From positions 4,105-68,104 of the forward strand of contig CALNYG010000003.1 of the NCBI GenBank assembly GCA_942490825.1: 64,000 nucleotides of DNA. The letters run 5' to 3'. The DNA comes from Candidatus Moraniibacteriota bacterium (GTDB lineage: Bacteria > Patescibacteriota > Minisyncoccia > Moranbacterales > GCA-2747515). This document shows, piece after piece, positions 8,865 through 15,799 of this stretch. The first letter of the stretch is position 1. Each line of letters starts with the position of its first letter. A model generated the notes under the pieces. That model worked only from the letters and a program-made list of their open reading frames with translations, did not search any database and was not told where the DNA came from. Made by a program: the position numbers and the translations under genes.

Positions 8865-9893
8865 ATGAAAAAATATTTACCAACAATTATAGTATTTATC
8901 GTGGTTTTTGCGGTGATATATTTTATATTCGGAGGAGGAATGGTTCGGGTGCAGGCGTTGATGAAGGAAGAAGAAAAAACAACCATCACAACAACTCAGC
9001 TGATGGAAAAATTAACTGAGCAGAATTTTGGTATTTCGCCGTATTGGCTGGAGCGTTATGAAATCTCAGTTAGTTCAATGGAGGATGCACAGGCAGATGC
9101 AGATAGTGATGGCTTGACTTTAGAGCAGGAATATTTGTATTTAACTAATCCGTTCAGTGACGATACTGATGGTGATGGATATAAAGATGGTGAGGAAGTT
9201 GTAAATGGGAATTCACCAACAGGAAATGGAAAATTGGATATGCAACAAATTGCTAATAAACATTCAGAGGAAAGTTTAGCGGTTAAATTGGATGAAGATG
9301 ATCGTAATCAAGATGATTTTGATAATGATGGTTTGGATAATGATTTAGAAAAGACGCATGGAACTGATCCAAATAAAGCCGATACTGATGGTGATGGCTA
9401 TGATGATTTTACGGAAATTAAAAATGGTTACGATCCAGTGGCTTCTGGTGAAGTTCGTCCAACTGTAGAAATCGAAATTGATAAAATTGGTGTTAATGCT
9501 CCAGTTATTCTAGCTGTTGATAGCTCAGAGGAGGCTTTGCAGGATAATTTGGAGAGTGGCGTGGTTCATTATCCGAAAACAGCGATGCCTGGTCAGCGGG
9601 GTAATGTTTATATTGCAGGACATAGCAGTAATTATTCTTGGTCAACTGGGAGTTATAATTATATTTTTCAGGGATTGAATGGTTTAAGTGTTGGTGATAA
9701 AATTACTTTGAAAGTTAAGCAGAAAAATGGGAAGACTTTGACTTATGAATATGAGGTGAGTGAGAAGTTGGAAGTGGAGGCTGATGATCCGCGGATTTTT
9801 TCTAATACTCAATCTCAGATTTTGACTTTGACGACTTGTTGGCCGTTGGGCACAAGTAATAGACGATTAATGATTAAGGCTTATTTGATTTAG
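8865..9893 (+). CDS. Sortase-family transpeptidase fused to thrombospondin type-3-like Ca-binding repeats
   Basis: N-terminal TM. Four D-x-D-x-D-G-type repeats (DSDGLT, DTDGDGYKDGEE, DNDGLDND, DTDGDGYDDFTE). C-terminal sortase motifs are YIAGHSS (His), LTLTTC (Cys) and NRRLMIKA (Arg). Confidence 0.75.
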   Translation: MKKYLPTIIVFIVVFAVIYFIFGGGMVRVQALMKEEEKTTITTTQLMEKLTEQNFGISPYWLERYEISVSSMEDAQADADSDGLTLEQEYLYLTNPFSDDTDGDGYKDGEEVVNGNSPTGNGKLDMQQIANKHSEESLAVKLDEDDRNQDDFDNDGLDNDLEKTHGTDPNKADTDGDGYDDFTEIKNGYDPVASGEVRPTVEIEIDKIGVNAPVILAVDSSEEALQDNLESGVVHYPKTAMPGQRGNVYIAGHSSNYSWSTGSYNYIFQGLNGLSVGDKITLKVKQKNGKTLTYEYEVSEKLEVEADDPRIFSNTQSQILTLTTCWPLGTSNRRLMIKAYLI

Positions 9894-10016
9894 GTAGTTC
9901 AATCTTATTTTTTAGACATGAGAGTTGGTTTTTTTAACTAACTCTTTTTGTTTTTTGACTTTTGTTTTGAATAAAGTTAATATTAATGTAGAAAAATAAA
10001 TTTTAGATCTGAACTT

Positions 10017-10427
10017 ATGAAAAATGAAAATGAAAAAAAATATGACATTGATCAAGTTGGTTCTATGATTGAAGCTTTGACCAGTACGGTTCAACTTGCT
10101 TTTGATCAAAATGATATAACTAACAGACACTTGAACAATATTGAAAAGGATGTCTCGACCTTGAAGTCTGATGTTTCAGAATTGAAAACTGATGTTTCAG
10201 AATTGAAAACTGATGTTTCAACTTTAAAATCTGAAATGGTGGAAGTAAAAGGCAGATTGGGTAATGTTGAAATTAAATTGGAAAATGTTGAAGATAAAGT
10301 GGATGTTTTGCAAGAAGATGTCACTGATATTAAACATAAATTATCGGAGAAAGTTGATCGGGAGGAATTTAATGCTTTGGAAAAGAGGTTGATTAAATTG
10401 GAAAGGATGGTTTTAGAAAAGGCTTAG
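10017..10427 (+). CDS. Coiled-coil protein with heptad tandem repeats
   Basis: 136 aa containing the DVSTLKSDVSELKTDVSELKTDVSTLKSEM repeat block. Confidence 0.55.
   Translation: MKNENEKKYDIDQVGSMIEALTSTVQLAFDQNDITNRHLNNIEKDVSTLKSDVSELKTDVSELKTDVSTLKSEMVEVKGRLGNVEIKLENVEDKVDVLQEDVTDIKHKLSEKVDREEFNALEKRLIKLERMVLEKA
10149..10232 (+). repeat. 4 x 21-bp in-frame tandem repeat (GATGTTTCAGAATTGAAAACT consensus)
   Basis: Read directly from the sequence. The two central units are identical. Confidence 0.9.
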
Positions 10428-10572
10428 TTTTTTATAAATAATAAGTGTTTTTTGACTTTTATATTGATTGGGTGTAGTATGGATTTATAGGGAGTTAGTT
10501 GATTGGAGAAAAATTGAGTTTGAAAGAATGTTTGTAAGGGATTATTTGTTTAATCTTTTGTGGGTAAAAATA

Positions 10573-10605
10573 GGCTGGTCTCAAGCGGGAGATCAGTCTT
10601 TTTTT
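10573..10605 (+). terminator. Intrinsic terminator T0
   Basis: GGCTGGTCTC-AAGCGG-GAGATCAGTC forms 10 bp including 2 G-U pairs, so it folds only in + strand RNA. T7 follows. Confidence 0.65.
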
Positions 10606-10617
10606 GTTCGCGTGGGG

Positions 10618-10645
10618 TTGACAGGATTTTTGATGTGTGTATAAT
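10618..10645 (+). promoter_or_regulatory. Sigma-70-like promoter of leader U
   Basis: TTGACA (10618-10623), 16 nt spacer, TATAAT (10640-10645). The TTGACAGG start is shared with the promoter at 13844. Confidence 0.55.
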
Positions 10646-10675
10646 ATTAAGTGTTAGTTGATTTATTTTTTTGAA

Positions 10676-10830
10676 ATGAATATACAAAAACAAACAATTT
10701 GGACTTCTTTTATTTTTATGCTGCTGTTCGTCTTTAAGATAGACCGGTTTGTTTTTGTTGATAATAGTTAGAAAGTTAAAATATTTTATCGATAAACATA
10801 AGCTGGTCTCAAAAAGAGGGCGGTTTTTTT
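10676..10830 (+). promoter_or_regulatory. Leader/attenuator-like element U upstream of the ligase operon
   Basis: Short T-rich ORF(s). Region 1 (10729-10733) pairs with region 2 (10741-10750). Region 2 pairs with region 3 (10800-10809, 10 bp including 2 G-U). Region 3 pairs with region 4 (10816-10825), followed by T7. Architecture and sequence are homologous to 13878-14010. Confidence 0.5.
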
Positions 10831-10978
10831 GTTCTTTTAAAATTGGTTTTCAGATTTTTTTGTTCTCCTTGGGTTTTTTCTTTCCACTTTTTTGTTTAGT
10901 TTCTTTTTTGAAAGTGAATGGGAATGTGGAAGGAGGTTTGTTTTTTATTTAAAAATAGATGCCTGAGGGAGGCGAGTT

Positions 10979-12076
10979 ATGAAATCAAATATTACAGCAA
11001 AAAATATAGTGAATTCTCTGAAAAGAGTAAATTTATCTCAGTATAGAAATATAAGCTACTTTGCTTTCTATGGGATGGAACTTGAATGTTTTATAGTCGA
11101 CCAGTCTGGTCGAGCAATTGATTTGACAAGTCCAATTTCTCAGGGGGTTTTTGCACAACTTCGTGCGAATAAAAAAGTTGCTCGGATTTTATGGGCTATT
11201 GGAACTGATTTTGGGCGTAACATGTTTGAAGTTGCGTTTAAAAAATTTAACAATCCAGTTGATTTTATGAAGGCAATGATTTGCCTTTTTGATGCTATTT
11301 CTAAGGATCCAATTGCTCGTAAATGGAGGTTTGTTTTTGGTAATAATCCGGATACGAGTTTGGGTTGGATTAGAGAGAATGAGCGATACAGGGTGCTTTA
11401 TAGTATTGCTAGAAAAAATGGTATTGATTTAATTGATCAGATGGCATCTTTTGCTTCAATGCAGATAAATATTTGTGCGGAAGCTTTTGGAGGGATGTTT
11501 AGCCCGTTAGCTTTTGAATGTTTTAAGGGACTGAGTAATTGGGCACCTGCAATTGCGAGAGATGTTGAATTGTCAGTTAATCCTCTGATAGATAAACAAC
11601 AAGGGAGAGATAGAATTTCAGAAGTCTTTGCAGACTTTGTGAATAAAAAAAATCTAGCCCGATATATAGGAAAGGATTATTTTTACAAAGATTTGAAATC
11701 CGTGATTATAAGCACTCCTCATGTCATTATTCAAAAAGATGGCAAATGGATTCCAGCTCCTTCTGAGAGTTATCCTCAGAAGTTAAGTGAGGCTAACTAT
11801 TCAACTAATTGGCCTGATCTTAGGTCAAGTGGATACAATGGACCTGAAAAAGATCGTAGATTTGAATTTCGTCCATTGGACTCCATGAATCCTTTAACTA
11901 TGTTTCATGTTGTGAATCATTTTGATGGAATTTTAAGAAAAATAGTTAAGTTAGCAAAGAAAGGAGAAATTATATATCAAAGTGAGACAGATTGGCGGCG
12001 TGTTCGTTACAAAAAGGATTATAATTTAGCACGTTCCTTTTTGAATAATGTAGGCATTAAACCTATGGTTATCTGA
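10979..12076 (+). CDS. Carboxylate-amine ligase, glutamate-cysteine ligase family 2 (YbdK/GCS2)-like
   Basis: YGMELECFIVD resembles the GxExE..V(D/N) N-terminal motif of YbdK. WPDLRSS...RRFEFRPLDS resembles its HWDIRP...VEVRVMD C-terminal motif. GAGGGAGG SD precedes the ATG. Confidence 0.6.
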   Translation: MKSNITAKNIVNSLKRVNLSQYRNISYFAFYGMELECFIVDQSGRAIDLTSPISQGVFAQLRANKKVARILWAIGTDFGRNMFEVAFKKFNNPVDFMKAMICLFDAISKDPIARKWRFVFGNNPDTSLGWIRENERYRVLYSIARKNGIDLIDQMASFASMQINICAEAFGGMFSPLAFECFKGLSNWAPAIARDVELSVNPLIDKQQGRDRISEVFADFVNKKNLARYIGKDYFYKDLKSVIISTPHVIIQKDGKWIPAPSESYPQKLSEANYSTNWPDLRSSGYNGPEKDRRFEFRPLDSMNPLTMFHVVNHFDGILRKIVKLAKKGEIIYQSETDWRRVRYKKDYNLARSFLNNVGIKPMVI

Positions 12077-12082
12077 AAACCA

Positions 12083-12119
12083 GAGACGGAGACTCGCACG
12101 CATGCGTAGTCTCTGTCTC
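12083..12119 (+). other. GC-rich 16-bp intercistronic hairpin
   Basis: GAGACGGAGACT-CGCA-CGCA-TGCG-T-AGTCTCTGTCTC, starting 7 nt after the ligase stop. No T-run follows. Confidence 0.6.
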
Positions 12120-12234
12120 ACAAATAAAATTTTATTTTGTAACAACTTCGAATAATAAAAATTCTAAGCAAATACAAAATAAAATAAATTTATTTTTTGT
12201 GTTATTATAAATTCATTATTATTCAAAAAATATT

Positions 12235-13035
12235 ATGTCAAAAAGTCATTATTCAAAATATAGAAAAAAATCGAATATACTTGTAACTTGTGAACATGCT
12301 TCAAAAAGAATTCCTAAAGAGTATGGGCTTTTAGGCTTGACTAGGGAAGATTTAAAAAATTCAAAAGACTGGAATGACGAAGGATCTTACGATGTAATGA
12401 AAAATTTAAGTGAAAAAATCGGATCTAGTTATCTCTATTCAAATGTTTCAAGATTATTCATAGATTGTAATAGAAAATTAAATCCGAGCAATAAAGACAA
12501 GGATAGTTTTTATTCATGCCCAATGAAGACAGAGCTTTTAGTTGAAAAAGATGAAGAAGAAAAATTGATAAAAATTCCTGCAAATATTTATAAAAATAAA
12601 AAGGAATTTTCGTGTGAAGAAAAAAAAAGATACAAAGAATATGTTGAACCTTATGTTAAAGATGGATATAAAATAATTGAAAAAATAAGAGGGAATCATG
12701 AGAAGAGTTTTTTGATTATGATCCATTCATTTTTTCCAGTTTATAATGGAGACAAGCGAAAAACTGATATTGGTGTTTTGCACGAGAATTCTTCTGTAGC
12801 TAAAAAAATTACAAAGAGTTTAAGAAAAAATTCTAATGGTTTAAAAATTGATGAAAATAAACCTTATAAATTAGCAGATGCGGATGGAGCGGTTTTTTAT
12901 AAAGTTCAAGAAGAAATGGATGATGTTGAATTGATTGTTTTTGAATTGAATAATAAAAATTTACGGACAAAGACAGGGGTAAATAAAATTTCTAGTTTAA
13001 TTTATAAGAGTTTGAAAGATATTGGAATTGTATAA
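12235..13035 (+). CDS. N-formylglutamate amidohydrolase (FGase)-family hydrolase
   Basis: ILVTCEHASKRIP start, VSRLFIDCNR, LIMIHSF and ENKPYK segments match the characteristic FGase-family blocks. Confidence 0.65.
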   Translation: MSKSHYSKYRKKSNILVTCEHASKRIPKEYGLLGLTREDLKNSKDWNDEGSYDVMKNLSEKIGSSYLYSNVSRLFIDCNRKLNPSNKDKDSFYSCPMKTELLVEKDEEEKLIKIPANIYKNKKEFSCEEKKRYKEYVEPYVKDGYKIIEKIRGNHEKSFLIMIHSFFPVYNGDKRKTDIGVLHENSSVAKKITKSLRKNSNGLKIDENKPYKLADADGAVFYKVQEEMDDVELIVFELNNKNLRTKTGVNKISSLIYKSLKDIGIV

Positions 13036-13082
13036 AAGTAGAAAATTAATTTTAAAAAGTGAGTCAAATATTATAGTATTTT

Positions 13083-13826
13083 ATGAATAAAAAAATTTTA
13101 GTTTTACAATTTAGATCAGAAGATTTAGCTTCAGATAATGAGTTTGAAGATGTAATTTTAGGGATTGGCGGTTTAAAGGAGAATGAAGTTCATCGAGTTC
13201 GACTTGAACATGGTGAGATGTCAGAAATTAATTTAGATGATTATAATGGTGTGATTGCTTGTGGAGGTCCGTATGATTCCAGTAAGCCAGCTAAAGAAAA
13301 ATCTGAAAGTCAAATCAAGTCTGAAGAGAAATTTTCTGAAATTATCAAGGAGGTGATTGAAAAAGATAAATTATTTCTATCTATTTGTTTTATTGGTCTT
13401 GTAAATAAAATTTGTGACGGTAAAGTTTCTAAAGAGAAATATTCAGAAGATCCAGCAGTTGTTGATGTTATTTTAACGGAAGAAGGTAAAGAAGATAAAA
13501 TTACCAATGGAATTTCTGATAAATTTAGAGCTATCGTGGCACATAAAGAGGCTTGGCAAAATGCTGGAGAGGGCGTGACAGTTTTGGCTGAATCAGAAGG
13601 TTGTCCATTTGAATTGATGCGTGTTAAAAATAATGTTTACGCTTGTCAATTTCATCCTGACTTAGATGTTGGTGGGTTAGAATTTAGATTAAATATTTAC
13701 AAGAACTTTGGGTATTGTGATCCAGATGAGATTGAGGAGATTATTGGTGGTATGAGAGGGGAAGATGTGTCTGAATCTTTAAAGATTTTAACTAATTTTG
13801 TTGGATTTTGTAGAGAAGTTGAATAA
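13083..13826 (+). CDS. Class I glutamine amidotransferase-like protein
   Basis: Nucleophile-elbow-like LSICFIG and ACQFHPD (the usual form is QFHPE). About 247 aa standalone GATase1. Confidence 0.55.
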   Translation: MNKKILVLQFRSEDLASDNEFEDVILGIGGLKENEVHRVRLEHGEMSEINLDDYNGVIACGGPYDSSKPAKEKSESQIKSEEKFSEIIKEVIEKDKLFLSICFIGLVNKICDGKVSKEKYSEDPAVVDVILTEEGKEDKITNGISDKFRAIVAHKEAWQNAGEGVTVLAESEGCPFELMRVKNNVYACQFHPDLDVGGLEFRLNIYKNFGYCDPDEIEEIIGGMRGEDVSESLKILTNFVGFCREVE

Positions 13827-13843
13827 TATTAGTTAGTAGGCTA

Positions 13844-13871
13844 TTGACAGGTATTTTTATTTGAATATAAT
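13844..13871 (+). promoter_or_regulatory. Sigma-70-like promoter of leader D (probably leaderless mRNA)
   Basis: TTGACA (13844-13849), 16 nt spacer, TATAAT (13866-13871). The ATG at 13878 begins only 6 nt after the -10 box. Confidence 0.55.
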
Positions 13872-13877
13872 GTAATT

Positions 13878-13931
13878 ATGAATTTGAAATTACAAACAAC
13901 TAAATCACTTTGGTGGTGGCGATCTAACTAA
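13878..13931 (+). CDS. 17-aa leader peptide MNLKLQTTKSLWWWRSN
   Basis: Three consecutive TGG codons (13911-13919) lie directly 5' of RNA region 1. The stop codon lies in the loop of the 1:2 hairpin. Confidence 0.45.
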   Translation: MNLKLQTTKSLWWWRSN

Positions 13932-14010
13932 AGATCAGCTTGTTTTTGTTTATAAAAAAATTTAAACTTTCGTAAATAATATTAGCTGATCTTTTAGGTC
14001 GGCTTTTTTT
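13918..14010 (+). promoter_or_regulatory. Attenuator D: alternative 1:2, 2:3 (antiterminator) and 3:4 (terminator) structures
   Basis: 13918-13925 pairs with 13932-13940. 13930-13940 (AAAGATCAGCT) is the perfect complement of 13984-13994. 13984-13991 pairs with 13997-14004 (8 bp, 2 G-U), followed by T7. Confidence 0.55.
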
Positions 14011-14057
14011 GTTTTGCATTAATTTAAGTTTTTAAATAAAAACAAGGAGAATTTATA

Positions 14058-14214
14058 ATGCCTAAGTCAAAAGAAAAAATGTCCACACTGTAATACAGTA
14101 CTTATAAAAAAGAAAGGCAAAAGAAGTTGTTCTTTTGGTTCTTCAAAAAAAGATGGCGTATGGGTTTGTCCAAATCAGCCTCATTGTGCAAAAAAAAGAT
14201 TTAGTTCTACCTAA
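14058..14214 (+). pseudogene. Small topoisomerase-type C4 zinc-ribbon ORF interrupted by a frameshift in an A-run
   Basis: AAGGAG SD then ATG 14058 gives MPKSKEKMSTL*. The +1 frame continues KCPHCNTVLIKKKGKRSCSFGSSKKDGVWVCPNQPHCAKKRFSST*. Deleting one A from GAAAAAATG would join them into a 51-aa protein. Confidence 0.45.
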
Positions 14215-14241
14215 AAGTTTCTTAATTGGCTAGATTAAATG

Positions 14242-14276
14242 ATTCGTGTTGGTGATTTCACTGGCACGAATTTTTT
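14242..14276 (+). terminator. Intrinsic terminator
   Basis: ATTCGTG-TTGGTGATTTCACTGG-CACGAAT followed by T6. Confidence 0.6.
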
Positions 14277-14327
14277 CTTTTTACGAAAGGGTTAGAAAAT
14301 AAAAAAAATAATTTTATCACAAAACCT

Positions 14328-14353
14328 AAAAAGCCTGTGCAGCGAGCACAAAA
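14328..14353 (+). repeat. R1 box, degenerate short form
   Basis: AAAAGCCTGTGCAGCGAGCACAAAAA has two substitutions relative to the GCCCGTGCGGCGAGCAC core. Confidence 0.6.
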
Positions 14354-14602
14354 AAATAACATTAACAATTTATTAAATCAAAACCACAAAAAACAAAAAA
14401 TCAACAATTTAAATACAAAAAACCGTTAAAAATTCCCAAAAACAACAAATATTCACGATTTTTATTTTTTGAAACTCTAAAAAATAAAATAAATAATGAT
14501 AAGTTTTTTAAAAAAATTAAAATTATTGACAATACTTGATATTATCCCTATTTTGGAATAGAATAAAATCATAATATACAATAATCTTAAAAAATAAAAA
14601 CT

Positions 14603-15376
14603 ATGAAAAGTTTTATCAAAAATGAAGACATAATCAGATATTTAAATAAAACAAAATCATTAGCTTTAATTTTTGGTTGCTTTGTTTTAGTTTTTCTTTT
14701 AGCTTTAGTACTTATCGATGCAAAAGAAAGTGCACCAAAAAAAACAGTTTCAGTTATTGGAGCAATTGAAGAAAAAATTTACAAGGACGCACAGTTTTCT
14801 TTAGATTTTGTTGCATACGGATTAAATGAAGAAGACGCAAAAAAGAAAATTGATGATAAAGTTATTGAGATTAAAGGATCAGTAGAAAACTTTGATGAAA
14901 TTATAATTGGTAAAGTGAAGACGGATGTAACAGTCGAATGTATCGTTAGTCAAGGACAATATTATCAAGCCCAGACAACAGAAAACGGTGTATGTTTAAG
15001 TAACAACTGGCGAGCCCAATCAAGAATTAAAATTTTAATTAAAGGAAATAAATATACAGAGAAAATTAAAAATAAATTTTTGAGTTTAGCACCAAATATT
15101 GTAAATACTGCAAGCGGTCCAGTTTTTATCAAAAAAGAAATTGATGATGAATTTAAAGAATTACTTATTGAAAAAGCAATGGCAAATGCTGAGGTGAAAG
15201 CAAGTAAAATGGCTACAGAGAGTAATAAAAAATTAGGAGAGGTTATTCGAATAAATGAAGATCCAATTGTTAATAATAATTTGATGTCTGTGCGAAGTGA
15301 GGATAAAGTTATTCTTGGCCCAGGTGAAGATTTAGTAAAGAAAGAAATTTTGGTTGAGTACGAGTTAGAAAATTAA
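14603..15376 (+). CDS. SIMPL/DUF541-like secreted protein
   Basis: N-terminal TM anchor. The C-terminal LIEKAMANAEVKASKMATESNKKLGEVIRINED block resembles the conserved SIMPL-domain C-terminus. Confidence 0.45.
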   Translation: MKSFIKNEDIIRYLNKTKSLALIFGCFVLVFLLALVLIDAKESAPKKTVSVIGAIEEKIYKDAQFSLDFVAYGLNEEDAKKKIDDKVIEIKGSVENFDEIIIGKVKTDVTVECIVSQGQYYQAQTTENGVCLSNNWRAQSRIKILIKGNKYTEKIKNKFLSLAPNIVNTASGPVFIKKEIDDEFKELLIEKAMANAEVKASKMATESNKKLGEVIRINEDPIVNNNLMSVRSEDKVILGPGEDLVKKEILVEYELEN

Positions 15377-15492
15377 TTGTATATTTTTTAGTTTTGAAAA
15401 GGCGTGAATTATCACGTCTTTTTTATTTTGTGGGTAGACTTTAAAATAGATTTGATTTAAAATTAGGATGTTACTAGTTAAATATAAAAAAT

Positions 15493-15765
15493 ATGGAAAA
15501 TGCAATGAAAGAAAAAATGAAGAAACTTATAAAAACACAGTTTTTTGTTTTGTTAGTGGGAACAATTTTTGCTTGGGGAAATTTTATTTGGGAATTAGTG
15601 AATTATCTTCAAGATAAAGAGTGTGCAACAAGTTGTACAGTTGGTCTAGTAAATCCATTCAAGACACCTTGTTTTTTTGGGGCAATGTTTTTTCTTACTG
15701 CTTTTGTTATAAGTGCAATAATGTTTAAGGGAATTAAAAAATGCTGTGCTGGAAAATGTGAATAA
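15493..15765 (+). CDS. Small Cys-rich two-TM membrane protein
   Basis: 90 aa with two hydrophobic helices and Cys clusters (ECATSC, PC, CCAGKC). Confidence 0.45.
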   Translation: MENAMKEKMKKLIKTQFFVLLVGTIFAWGNFIWELVNYLQDKECATSCTVGLVNPFKTPCFFGAMFFLTAFVISAIMFKGIKKCCAGKCE

Positions 15766-15799
15766 TAACGGAATAAATATAATTTAGTTAATAAAAATT

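Noticed and set aside
8834-9019. 61-aa ORF overlapping the sortase start
   Set aside because: It is an alternative frame over the sortase N-terminal TM region. The sortase frame is supported by motifs along its whole length.
10149-10232. CRISPR array
   Set aside because: The only regular short tandem repeats are contiguous 21-bp coding heptads without spacers. The dispersed palindromic repeats (R1-R3) are not regularly spaced, and no cas genes are present.
10646-10978. T-box or known riboswitch upstream of the ligase operon
   Set aside because: No T-box consensus, specifier-loop architecture or recognisable riboswitch core was found. The structure fits a leader-peptide-type attenuator better, although the sensing mechanism of this copy remains uncertain.
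14350-14460. Strongly strand-asymmetric A/C-rich tract (almost no G) upstream of the SIMPL-like gene
   Set aside because: No repeat unit, ORF or pairing potential was found. It is most simply compositional noise in an intergenic spacer. It is noted only in case RNA-seq shows a transcript.
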